From NCBI RefSeq assembly GCF_001194135.2, contig NC_068984.1:99910023-99974022 (forward strand): 64,000 nucleotides of DNA, read 5' to 3'. This DNA is from Octopus bimaculoides (Eukaryota). Both the position numbers and the translations under genes were made by a program. This document shows, piece after piece, positions 49,315-61,801 of this stretch (its first letter is position 1; each line of letters opens with the position of its first letter). The notes below the pieces were generated by a model, which was given only the letters and a program-made list of their open reading frames with translations, was not told where the DNA came from and did not search any database.

Positions 49315-50219
49315 NNNNNNNNNNNNNNNNNNNNNNNNNNNNNNNNNNNNNNNNNNNNNNNNNNNNNNNNNNNNNNNNNNNNNNNNNNNNNNNNNNNNNN
49401 NNNNNNNNNNNNNNNNNNNNNNNNNNNNNNNNNNNNNNNNNNNNNNNNNNNNNNNNNNNNNNNNNNNNNNNNNNNNNNNNNNNNNNNNNNNNNNNNNNNN
49501 NNNNNNNNNNNNNNNNNNNNNNNNNNNNNNNNNNNNNNNNNNNNNNNNNNNNNNNNNNNNNNNNNNNNNNNNNNNNNNNNNNNNNNNNNNNNNNNNNNNN
49601 NNNNNNNNNNNNNNNNNNNNNNNNNNNNNNNNNNNNNNNNNNNNNNNNNNNNNNNNNNNNNNNNNNNNNNNNNNNNNNNNNNNNNNNNNNNNNNNNNNNN
49701 NNNNNNNNNNNNNNNNNNNNNNNNNNNNNNNNNNNNNNNNNNNNNNNNNNNNNNNNNNNNNNNNNNNNNNNNNNNNNNNNNNNNNNNNNNNNNNNNNNNN
49801 NNNNNNNNNNNNNNNNNNNNNNNNNNNNNNNNNNNNNNNNNNNNNNNNNNNNNNNNNNNNNNNNNNNNNNNNNNNNNNNNNNNNNNNNNNNNNNNNNNNN
49901 NNNNNNNNNNNNNNNNNNNNNNNNNNNNNNNNNNNNNNNNNNNNNNNNNNNNNNNNNNNNNNNNNNNNNNNNNNNNNNNNNNNNNNNNNNNNNNNNNNNN
50001 NNNNNNNNNNNNNNNNNNNNNNNNNNNNNNNNNNNNNNNNNNNNNNNNNNNNNNNNNNNNNNNNNNNNNNNNNNNNNNNNNNNNNNNNNNNNNNNNNNNN
50101 NNNNNNNNNNNNNNNNNNNNNNNNNNNNNNNNNNNNNNNNNNNNNNNNNNNNNNNNNNNNNNNNNNNNNNNNNNNNNNNNNNNNNNNNNNNNNNNNNNNN
50201 NNNNNNNNNNNNNNNNNNN
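49315..50219. other. Largest assembly gap (others at about 10544-10553, 12632-12733, 31356-31994, 52901-53180, 54344-54479, 56873-57025, 60924-61466, 62281-62670, 63298-63589)
   Basis: N runs, mostly bounded by (TA)n or (TG)n microsatellites. Confidence 0.99.
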
Positions 50220-50382
50220 ATATATATATACACACGTATATGTGTATATATATATATATATGTATATACACATGTATACACTTACACACTCATATGCATA
50301 TTCATATCCCAAGTTAAATCCAAAGGTTTTTTGTATTTGAAACTTTAATTAATAGTTAAAACAAATTACATACAAAAAGTGT

Positions 50383-51615
50383 TCATTGATCAATATATAT
50401 CCTACCATATTCTACTGTTTGTTGCCATCTTTGTGCCAGAAGCTCAATTCTATGCTTATACAATTTGGCTAATTTAAAAGCAAAAAACTCCCTGCAGTTA
50501 TTTACTCCCTCTGCCACATTGTTGAACCTCCATCCAAGCAGGAAATAAGCCATGGATCAGAAATGGTGGTAATTTGATGGTGCAAGATCTGGACTGTGGG
50601 CAAGGAGAAGCAACACTTCCAGCCTCTCAAGTTCAAGTTTGTACCTGATCACAATGGCTGTGTTGGCTGGGGTATTGTCATGCTGTAGGAGTACATGTCT
50701 TGAATTGTCGAATGCCAGGTAGTTGGCTTCCAAAGTATCATATTCTCACTGCAGTTGTTGAGCATAAAAGATAGTGTTCTCATGATCATCTTTGACAAAC
50801 TCAAAATGCAATGCCTCGTTGAAATTCCACTAACCACACAACATAACCTTCTGTTCAAACTGCCCTTATTTGACAACAGGTTTTAAAACCAGGCCAAAAT
50901 GAAGCTACTGATTTTTTTATTAGAATTATGAAAATAGGGCAGCGAGCTGGCAGAATCGTTAGCACGCCGGGTGAAATGATTAGCGGTATTTCGTCTGCCG
51001 TTACGTTCTGAGTTCAAATTCCACCAAGGTCGACTTTGCCTTTCATCCTTTCGAGGTCGATAAATTAAGTACCAATTATGCACTGGGGTCGATGTAATCG
51101 ACTTAATCTCTTTGTCTGTCCTTGTTTGTCCCCTCTATGTTTAGCCCCTTATGGGCAATAAAGAAATAAGAATTATGAAAATAGATCAATTTTTCATCCC
51201 CAGTTATAATTCAATGCCAAAAACAGGCATCTCAAGGATTTGCCAGCAGTTGCTTGCAAATGTTAAAACATGGTTGTGCTTCATTATTAGTCAGTTCATG
51301 AGGAACTTCTTTACAGTGTCTGTTCACAAGACCAAGCCTATGGAGGTGTTGATTGATGGTGCTTTGTGTTCTGCCAGCAATGTATGAGTGCTTGTGCTTG
51401 GCTGGTGAGCCATTTCAAGCAAAGCCACAACTTCTGCAACAGGTCTCTCTATCCTTGGTTTGTCTTCATGGCTGGTGTCACTTTCCTTGAAACATCTGAA
51501 TCAGTTTTGTGCCACATGTTCATTCCTGGGCCTTCCACACCATTAATTTCTTCTGTTGCTGCCCTTACCCAGGTAGTATAAAATTACTCTAAATGCAACT
51601 TTTTTCACTACTCAT
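50383..51615 (-). mobile_element. Decayed mariner (Mos1-like, DD34D-type) transposase, interrupted by a SINE
   Basis: VPHELT, IITGDEKLIYF, KVMLC..WNF, VLLQHDNTPANT, HSPDLAPSNYHHF*SM, RIELLAQRWQQTVEYGRIY, all in mariner order. Confidence 0.88.
50938..51168 (+). mobile_element. Young full-length SINE family A variant flanked by a 16-bp TSD
   Basis: TSD agaattatgaaaatag at 50922-50937 and 51169-51184. Head ggcagcgagctggcagaatcgttagcacgccggg, B-box gagttcaaattcc, tail ..ttagccccttatgggcaataaagaaata. Confidence 0.9.
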
Positions 51616-51800
51616 TATCAAAGCTGTAAAATAAAGAATAGACAATGTTTCTATGTTATATATGAAAATAAAGAATAAACAATTGAGGAATAATTGGACA
51701 AGTTCTGTCAAATTAAAGATATAAAATGGAGATACTAATTGCCAAAAATCACCGGTGAAAATTCAAAAAAAACTTTTGACTCACACCAATGTATATATAG

Positions 51801-51859
<59 letters not shown>

Positions 51860-51952
51860 CATTCATTTATGTATGAATGTGTGTGTGTGTATATATATCA
51901 ATATAGACACATATTTATGTATAAATGTGTGTGTGTATATATATATATTATG

Positions 51953-52462
51953 ATAAATGTAAACAAACCAATATTTGCCTTAGAGGCACTGAAATCTGTA
52001 TTGTGAGATACAAATAAAATAATGATTTGTTTCCAAATGCTGATAGAACAGCAGAGACAGGATATAATATCCATACAAAGCAGAAATTTCAGCAATCAGC
52101 CATGAGACTCGAATTCACATCCCTATGATTATCAGTCAAGTGCTTTACCAATTAAGCTAAACTGCCCACTGACAAATTAATCTGCAATTTTAGAACTTAT
52201 AAAGCTTTTAAGAAGAGTGCTTTATGGCTGCAATTTTATTACAATAAATGTAAACAAACCAATGTTTGCCTTAGAAGCACTGAAATGTGTATTGTGAAAT
52301 ACAAATAAGTTAAAAATTTATTTTCAAATGCACAAACGCTGATAGAACAGCAGAGACAGGATAAAACATCCATACAAAGCAGAAAAATATGTCACCAACC
52401 AGGCATGTGACTCCAACTTACATCCCTTTGATTATCGGTCAAGTGCTTTACCAGTTAAGTCC
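51953..52462 (-). repeat. Tandem pair of about 215-bp units, each with a tRNA-like head
   Basis: 51953-52165 and 52244-52462 align. The reverse complement of each begins tagcttaattggtaaagcacttgactgataatca..gtgaattcgagtctc. Confidence 0.75.
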
Positions 52463-52519
52463 AAATACTATTTTATTTCTACTAGAGTGGTAGACTAAAT
52501 TTGTCCCCTCATTTAATAT

Positions 52520-52800
52520 CCCCATCTGTACCTTGGACGCCATTCTATCAGCTCGATGGCATCACAAAAAGTACAACCTTCATGGAGATCTTGGAGAAGA
52601 TAGTGTTTCCATATATCAAGAGTCATTCAGGTCAGTCACATCCTATTCACCATGGCTACAGTTCTCTTTTATACCACAGGAATAATCAAGGAATTCATCA
52701 AAAGCAAGAAAATCCTAGTGTTGTAGTAGACAACACAATTCCAAGATGTATATCCAATAAAAGTAGGTCAACAAATGTACAAGTAGTTCTTGTTTTTCTG
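52520..52800 (+). mobile_element. Tc1-family DDE-domain fragment
   Basis: FYQLDGITKSTTFMEILEKIVFPYI, then FHH.YSS..T.GIIKEF..KKILVL..TQFQDVYPIK (decayed HD...PH and WP.QSPD.NPIE). Confidence 0.55.
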
Positions 52801-54022
52801 ACTTCCAATTTAAGAATTTACATCTTTACAAGAATTATTTTTGTGGCAAAAATAAAAATGTATTTTTCATAATTTTTAAAAGTGTGTGTGTGTGTGTGTG
52901 NNNNNNNNNNNNNNNNNNNNNNNNNNNNNNNNNNNNNNNNNNNNNNNNNNNNNNNNNNNNNNNNNNNNNNNNNNNNNNNNNNNNNNNNNNNNNNNNNNNN
53001 NNNNNNNNNNNNNNNNNNNNNNNNNNNNNNNNNNNNNNNNNNNNNNNNNNNNNNNNNNNNNNNNNNNNNNNNNNNNNNNNNNNNNNNNNNNNNNNNNNNN
53101 NNNNNNNNNNNNNNNNNNNNNNNNNNNNNNNNNNNNNNNNNNNNNNNNNNNNNNNNNNNNNNNNNNNNNNNNNNNNNNNNGGATGGATGGATGGATGCAC
53201 TTGTCAGCTGAGTCTGCGGCCAAATTTTGTTGGCAAGAGTTAGTAACACCTTTGCCTCCCATTTTAAAGTTCTGAATTAACAAGCAATAATTAAGAATAA
53301 ATTAACTTACAAAGTCAAGAATTACCTGTATTTAATTAAGGATATCCAGGAAATTGAAAGAGCTGTGTGGTTCATTGCCAAAATGAGAAGAAATTCTAAA
53401 TAGTGTAATCATTGAACTTATAAAAATGTTCTTTAGTAAATGCAGTTCCAATTATATTCTTCTTGATCCTAAATGCAAACATTCCATTTTATTGTAAAAC
53501 CAAAGAAAAAACAAAATAAGGTTTTAAATATTCTTTAGTTAAAGATGATTAATTTGTGGTATTGTTGATACTGCCAACAATTGCATTAAGTTCGTTAAAA
53601 TTTGTTTGTGTTTAAGCTTATATCATTTTAAAGAGCAGCTAATACTATTTGTGTTCCTATATAGTTTAAATTGTGAGTGATTAGGTAAATGGAAGTAACA
53701 CTTAATCCTTTGTAAACTGTGATCTTTAAACTAAGTATTATATGCATGTGTGTATATATAGTTTGTGTATGTAAGTATGTGTGGGTGTTTATTCTGTAGA
53801 GTTAGGGTTTTTATGTATGTGTATACATGTCCACATATATAGTTACTGGGTGTGTGTGTTTGCACATATAGTTAGTATATGTATGTATATGTAGAATATA
53901 AAAAAGTCAGGGGGTATGAGATGAATATATTTATTTCATCAGTTGATATCCATAGGATGATGGCTGTTTCACAGCCAACATCATGCAAAAATAATTAATT
54001 TTAGCGTATAATTATTTTACAT

Positions 54023-54824
54023 GTATGCTCCGTTGGATGTGTAATGTCAATGTGAATACCCGTCAGAGTGTAAGTATCTTGAGAGAAAAGCTGAACATTA
54101 GAAGCATCAGTTGTGGTGTGCAAGAGAGACGATTGCACTGGTATGGACATGTGGTGAGAATGGATGAGGATAGCTGCGTGAAAAAGTGCCACACCCTAAC
54201 AGTTGAGGGAACCCGTGGAAGAAGTAGGCCCAGGAAGATCTGGGCTGAGGTGGTGAGGCAAGACCTTCGTACATTGGGCCTCACCGAGGCGATGACTACT
54301 GACCGAGACCTTTGGAAATGTGCTGTGCGTGAGAAGACCCGGCNNNNNNNNNNNNNNNNNNNNNNNNNNNNNNNNNNNNNNNNNNNNNNNNNNNNNNNNN
54401 NNNNNNNNNNNNNNNNNNNNNNNNNNNNNNNNNNNNNNNNNNNNNNNNNNNNNNNNNNNNNNNNNNNNNNNNNNNNNNNCATGAGATGCACCATTTTGAG
54501 CGTGGCCGTTGCCAGTACCGCCTGACTGGCTCCTGTAGGATTTTCGAGCGAGATCGTTGCCAGTGCCCCTGGACTGGCTTGTGCGGGTGGCACATAAAAG
54601 ACACCATTTCGAGCGTGGCCGTTTTCGTGCGGGTGACACGTAAAAGCACCCACTACACTCTCTGAGTGGTTGGCGTTAGGAAGGGCATCCAGCTGTAGAA
54701 ACTCTGCCAAATTAGATTGGAGCCTGGTGTTGCCATCCGGTTTCACCAGTCCTCAGTCAAATCGTCCAACCCATGCTAGCATGGAAAGCGGACGTTAAAC
54801 GATGATGATGATGATGATGATGAT
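54023..54824 (+). mobile_element. RTE-clade LINE 3' end; young, 5'-truncated, with an internal assembly gap
   Basis: MLRWMCNVNV..LREKLNIRSISCGVQERRLHWYGHVVRMDEDSCVKKC..EGTRGRSRPRKIW..DRDLWK, a CpG-rich UTR and a (GAT)n tail. Confidence 0.9.
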
Positions 54825-55470
54825 GTCTGCACCAGTATGTATGCTATAAACTGGATAGTACTGTTTTACATTTTACAAATGAATGTAGATATAGAAGGCT
54901 AGCTCTTCAGATCAACAGAATATGGTTGCATCAATTCTTCAACTCCATATATGTATCTGTATGTGTCATTGTATATATAGTTGGTTACTGTATTGTGATG
55001 GGTAGTTCATGATCGTAAGGTTGTGGGTTTGATTCTTAGACTGAGCAACATATATTCTTTTAGCAAGGCACTTCATTTTACTTGCTCCAGTCCACTCACT
55101 TGAAATGAGTTGCAACCCAGTACTGGTGCAGCCCTCTTTCTCAAACCATCACATATGTAACGCTCCACTGGCTCAAGGCAAGGAGAGCCAAGAGGATGTC
55201 TACATACTAGATTACACTTACTTGGGAGTGATGCATTTGGCTTTACTTTGGTTTTTACTGCATATCTATGTGTAACTGATTATATCATGGCTATGTGTAT
55301 CTCTTGTTGATATCATAAAAAGTTTAGAACCCATGAGATTGGAGAAATAATTATTTTAAAAAATGGTGAATCTTGAAGCAAATAAAGCTATAAATAATAT
55401 ATAAATATTGAAATAAAAGTCCTTTGGATAGGAAAAAGTTGACAGCTATATATATATATATATATATATA

Positions 55471-55830
55471 GGTACAGGCATGGCTATGCAGTATGTGGCA
55501 CCTGGGGCAAGTACCTTTTACTATAGCTTCAGGCTGACCAAAGCCTTGTGAGTAGATTTAGAAGATGGAAACTAAAAGAAGCCCATCATATATGTGTGTG
55601 TGTGTGTATGTGTCTTTGTGTCTGTGTTTATCCACCACCAATGCTTGACAACCAATGTTTGTGTGTTTACATTTCCGTAACTTAGCAGTTTGGCAAATAA
55701 GACCGATGGAATAAGTACCAGGTTTAATAAAATAAAAATAAATACTGGGGTCGTTTCATTCAGCTAAAGATTCTTCAAGGTGGTGCCCCAGCATGGCCAC
55801 AGCCTAATGACTGAAACAAGATAAAATAAA
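55471..55830 (+). mobile_element. SINE family B, older copy
   Basis: Colinear with 25044-25477. Confidence 0.8.
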
Positions 55831-55848
55831 TATATATATAAAAATATC

Positions 55849-55889
<41 letters not shown>

Positions 55890-56821
55890 CATCTGATGAT
55901 GAGGTTGATAACTGATTTAGCATGTAATATTTATTGATTATCGAATAGTGAGATGATCATAATGAATTCTATGAAATACCAGTTGTTTGTTATCTTGTTA
56001 TTCTGTTAAACTGTACGTGACTCTGCCAGCTATGTAATAGCCCTAATCCATATTAATACTCCACCGATAGCATCATACTGCGGTGGGAATTTTATGTAGA
56101 TATTATTCAAGTATCAACCTTCTGTGGTAATTTGTCATGCATTAGCATATCTGCTTCTATGTGTGTGTGTGATTGGTTTCTTTTGGTTTTTGTCTATAAG
56201 ATCTACTTACGAGGGTTTGAAAGGTCCAGGTCTATAGTGGAAGACACTTGCCCAATGTACTATTCAGTGGGACTGAAATAATATAGTTGGAAAGCAAGGA
56301 AGCTTGCATGCATGCATGCATACATGCATGCATACATACATACATTCTTAGACTCATTCTTAGATACAGCTAAATATACACATGTATATATAAATATATA
56401 AGCACACGCACATATATACACATGCATGTATGCTTATATGTGTGTGTGTGTATAGCAGCACACACACACACATACACACACACACATATAGAGATAGATA
56501 TATTTATATATTTATACACACACGCATATGCATACATGCACACATGTACACACACACACACACACACACACATGCACAGAAACCATAGCCCTCATTAGCA
56601 AGTAAGTATGGCTTGGCAATATGTACCATGCTTTTACTAATTGTTTATTTTCCAAAGCAGCAGGATGAGATTTGAGAAAATGTTGGCTGCTATTTCTAGC
56701 ATAATGAATAACCATGCAGAGTCTCATTGGTTGGCATTTATGTATTCATGTGTAAACGTAATGTAGCATCTATGTATATATGTACCTTAATATATATGTA
56801 TGTATGTATTATATATGTATG

Positions 56822-56872
<51 letters not shown>

Positions 56873-57025
56873 NNNNNNNNNNNNNNNNNNNNNNNNNNNN
56901 NNNNNNNNNNNNNNNNNNNNNNNNNNNNNNNNNNNNNNNNNNNNNNNNNNNNNNNNNNNNNNNNNNNNNNNNNNNNNNNNNNNNNNNNNNNNNNNNNNNN
57001 NNNNNNNNNNNNNNNNNNNNNNNNN

Positions 57026-57116
<91 letters not shown>

Positions 57117-57736
57117 GTTGACGCAAATAGGAGAAATAGAACTCAAAATATGAGTATATATATATTTTTATAAATGTTTAGCAGAAGAAATAGAGTGACT
57201 GAAGGTCAGAGAGTTTCATGTTTTGGCACTTCCCAAACTTTGATAAGTGCCAACACACAAGTCATTCCATTACTTCTATTTCATCTTCTAATATTAATAA
57301 ATATGTATGTATGTATGTATACTTTTCTCCCTGTATATATAACTCATTGATGAGTGTGAATGTATATATCTGGAAATATGGAGAAAGTAGCAGTTTGTAT
57401 ATGTCTAAATGTAGTAAGTTTGTGGATATGTATGTGTCTCTTTCTCTAAATATAGTCAGTGTGATTGCATTTGTGCATATGTATGTGTCTGCCTAAACTT
57501 GATGTGTGCATCTGTTTATATATATATAAGGAACTTTTATTTATATGTGTTTTGCTCCATTTATTGTTATTATTAATATCTTCTCAAAATGCATCACTTC
57601 AACTTGGTATCTCTACCTATAAAACGGCTGTAATATCTTGGTTTTTTGTGCAATTTTTGCTACCTATGATAATTATTAACATATTTACATTGTCAAAGGT
57701 TTTTTAAAACTGAGATAATATTAATATATACATAAA

Positions 57737-57773
<37 letters not shown>

Positions 57774-58249
57774 TATTTGTTGGGTTCATTAGAATCAAGA
57801 TATCTTAATATTAAGGACACCGAGCAAGGATTCAGATCTGCAAATCTGTGTATCTACCATATACAAATACATCTGAGTTTGAAATAATTTAATTTAATTT
57901 AAATCATTTAATGTGGCATTGCCCATTGATTGTTTTATGACACATAAGCTTATGAAATCTGGCTAAACCTTAGTCTGTCTTCACTCTCTTCGCCGATGCT
58001 AGAATGAGAGGGTCAGTCCTCTTTCCACGTCTTGGTATTTTTTCTCCAGACCAGATTTTGAATTTTTAATTCACCTGAAGAAAACAGTTTGTTTTTTTTT
58101 TTCATGATGTAACCAAATTATTCATTAATAAAAAAAATGCACGTGATGCAGCTGTAGTGAACCTTTAATCCATTTGTGTTTCGTGTGTGTGTGTGTTTCA
58201 TATAAACTTAAAGCTTATTCACAACTACCATGTCATGAATAAAGAAAAG

Positions 58250-58385
58250 AGTCTAATACTGGGACGGGAAAAAGCAGAGTTTTCTGTATGCATGGGATTT
58301 GAATCCGAAGAGCTGTGGGTTCAAGTCCCATGCATACAGAAATCCCTACTTTCTCTGTGGGCTTATATGCCCAAATATTAGACTA
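58250..58385 (+). other. Nested inverted repeat: 26-bp stem with a 10-nt loop (58281-58342) inside outer arms
   Basis: tttctgtatgcatgggatttgaatcc pairs with gggttcaagtcccatgcatacagaaa; outer agtctaata pairs with tattagact. Confidence 0.8.
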
Positions 58386-58391
58386 TTGTAG

Positions 58392-58600
58392 AGGCACAAT
58401 GGCCCAGTGGTTAGGGTAGCGGACTCGCGGTCATAGGATCGAGGTTTCGATTCCCAGACCGGGCATTGTGAGTGTTTATTGAGTGAAAACACCTAAAGCT
58501 CCACGAGGCTCTGGCAGGGGGTGGTGGTGAACCCTGCTGTACTCTTTCACCACAACTTTCTCTTACTCTTACATCCTGTTTCTTACTCTTACTTCCTTTC
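58392..58600 (+). mobile_element. tRNA-derived SINE family C (head and body, 3'-truncated)
   Basis: A-box tggcccagtggtt and B-box ggtttcgattccc. No acceptor-stem pairing, so it is not a tRNA gene. Confidence 0.75.
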
Positions 58601-58748
58601 ATTTCTCATTGTGTTTAACGTTTTTTTCTGATGTCCTGTACCCATATATGCATGTATGTATAAATATAGATGTAGGTATGTACATATATGTATGGATATA
58701 TGCATATATCTATATTATTTATATTATTATATATATACATATATATAC

Positions 58749-58821
<73 letters not shown>

Positions 58822-59514
58822 ACAATAACAACAACAACAAAATTAGGATGGAAATTCATAGTCTTTATGTATGCACCATTACGTATGTTTCTGCACTGCA
58901 CACCGTCATTAGGTTGTAATTTTTCATATCCATATAATATTACTTAAGATTACTCTCAATAATTATCTATTTGAATACTTTCTCAGCTGCATTTCTCGTG
59001 TGGACGCCTCCTTGGGCAGTGCATTACTAAATTTTTTAGATAGATTTACTGACCTTAAGGACGCTATTTTACACCAATCAAATAATTTCATTCCAAAATA
59101 AAGCTTATGAATTTCCATCCTTGTATTATTATTGTTATTAATAAGCTAAAAGGAGTCCCACATGTGTACTCATACCATTGGATTACCCTGGGAGATGGAA
59201 TCAACAGGTGGTAGCCAACAACAAGAAGCATAGGAGCTTTTAAAAGCACATTACGAGGCTTTTTCCCAAACTAAACTAAATGGATATGTGCATGTGTGTG
59301 TGTATGTAGCAGTAGTATAGTTTTTATGAACTGTGGTTTGATAGATGAATAAGCGTTTTAAATATAGTTTTAAAGCCAAAACAATGCAAGTTATAAGAAG
59401 TTAATACTATAGTTCCATAGTTGGTACTATTACCTGATATTTCAATATTTCAGTGTTAGGACCCCTTCTTCAGGAAATCTACCAAGAAAAAGTATTGATG
59501 AGAAATCCTCTATC

Positions 59515-59860
59515 AACCCCATGTGGTTAAGAAGTTTGATATGCAATCGTGATATCATGGGTTTGAACCCACCATGCGGCATCTTGAAGCAAGTATCTTT
59601 CATCATGACTTCAGGCCAACCCAGGCCTTGTGAATGAAATTGAGTTAATGAAACTTATGTTGAAACTCATCAGATGGATTCCACCTGTTATCGAAATAGT
59701 TAACCTTGTCACACACATCGTTGCACTGTCTAACAATTACATGAAAAGCACAAGTGTCTGTGGAGTACTCAGCCACTTACATAGTGATTTAAGGATTATG
59801 TAACTCATTTGATCAAGCAGCTGGAATATTCATCACCATCATAACCAACAGAGATTCATT
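59515..59860 (+). mobile_element. Degraded SINE with a family B head and a different 3' module
   Basis: The head aligns with family B up to ..ggccttgtgaatgaaattg; the downstream sequence does not match the family B 3' module. Confidence 0.55.
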
Positions 59861-60055
59861 TACTCGAAATGCCAGTGTTATAATGGTGGCAGCTGATGAA
59901 GGATATGTTCTCTCTGTGGCCTGTTTGTTTTTTGTACCTTGTTTATCATTTTGTCCATTGTCTTTTGCAACGACATGTACCCAGATATGCATCTATATAT
60001 ACATGTAGATGAAGGTATGTACATACATGTACATATATATGCATATACTCATATA

Positions 60056-60096
<41 letters not shown>

Positions 60097-60329
60097 TATA
60101 TATATCGTTTGTAGGAAACATAAATCTGGAGAAGTACACCCTAAGATGTAGAGCAGTATATATTTTTACTGGGGAAGGCCCTGTTTATGGGATTACCCTG
60201 GGTTTCCCATGCATAAAGGGTTTAACTATATAGCGTATCGTCAGACCCCAAAACCTGTTGGCCTAAGACAAAATATGTCTACACACACACACACACACAT
60301 ATATACATACACATATTTTTACATGCATG

Positions 60330-60480
60330 TGACCTAATGGTCAAGATGTTGGACTCATGACTATGAAGGCATGAGTTAAATTTCTCAATCAGGGTGGAGT
60401 GCATTATCCTTGAGGGAGGTATTTAATTTCTCATTGTTCTTATCTACTCAACCAAAAGTGAGTTCAAGCCAACTGCTGAT
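60330..60480 (+). mobile_element. Degraded SINE family D copy (others at about 16190-16370 -, 21030-21155 -, 54990-55130 +)
   Basis: tRNA-like head followed by a ..ccttgag(c)aaggcac-type core, as in 35731-36078. Confidence 0.5.
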
Positions 60481-61466
60481 ACGTCTTTCCGTTCAGTTAT
60501 TCTTGGTATTCTACCAAGTCGAGGGTGACAAGTGAGAAAGTCTCCAAGTCTGCTCACTTTAACATTTAGGAAAATGTACAATGAATGCTACCAAATCATT
60601 TTCACTTGTGAGTGACGGGTATGTATACAGATATGTATATTCATATTGAAGGCATGGTTTGGACTATGTGTGCGTGCATGTGTGCATGAATGTATGTTTG
60701 TATGTATGTATGTATGTATGTATATGAATGTATGTCAGGATCGTATATTCTAGGTGTGTGCTGCACATCCATCATAAATGGCAAATTCATTAATTTAATC
60801 ACAAATCTTCATGGAAAACTTTTGTTATACCCCTGCATGAAATTTGGTGGCATTGGGTGTGGCATCACACCCAACACAACAACCATCTGCCACTAATATA
60901 TGTATGAATGTATATTTATATGTNNNNNNNNNNNNNNNNNNNNNNNNNNNNNNNNNNNNNNNNNNNNNNNNNNNNNNNNNNNNNNNNNNNNNNNNNNNNN
61001 NNNNNNNNNNNNNNNNNNNNNNNNNNNNNNNNNNNNNNNNNNNNNNNNNNNNNNNNNNNNNNNNNNNNNNNNNNNNNNNNNNNNNNNNNNNNNNNNNNNN
61101 NNNNNNNNNNNNNNNNNNNNNNNNNNNNNNNNNNNNNNNNNNNNNNNNNNNNNNNNNNNNNNNNNNNNNNNNNNNNNNNNNNNNNNNNNNNNNNNNNNNN
61201 NNNNNNNNNNNNNNNNNNNNNNNNNNNNNNNNNNNNNNNNNNNNNNNNNNNNNNNNNNNNNNNNNNNNNNNNNNNNNNNNNNNNNNNNNNNNNNNNNNNN
61301 NNNNNNNNNNNNNNNNNNNNNNNNNNNNNNNNNNNNNNNNNNNNNNNNNNNNNNNNNNNNNNNNNNNNNNNNNNNNNNNNNNNNNNNNNNNNNNNNNNNN
61401 NNNNNNNNNNNNNNNNNNNNNNNNNNNNNNNNNNNNNNNNNNNNNNNNNNNNNNNNNNNNNNNNNN

Positions 61467-61508
<42 letters not shown>

Positions 61509-61739
61509 CAATGCATGCCAGCATAGAACATGGACATTAAATGGTTATATATGTATGTGTGTGTGCATGCATGCATGTGTATGTGTGTATGCATGTATCC
61601 ATCCTTGTGTCTGTATGTACACCTGTATAAATTCCAAACTAAAACATGAATGGGATGCAATCTCTTGCCCATCTAGGAGGATAGTCACAGAATAAGAATA
61701 GACTAGGACTGTGACGACCTGCCCAACTCATACCAGCAT

Positions 61740-61801
<62 letters not shown>

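Noticed and set aside
58392-58466. Possible tRNA gene
   Set aside because: A and B boxes are present, but the acceptor stem does not pair and a SINE body follows directly.
58986-59100. Acceptor plus the frame CISRVDASLGSALLNFLDRFTDLKDAILHQ
   Set aside because: No donor, no recognised homology and no linked exon; compatible with chance.
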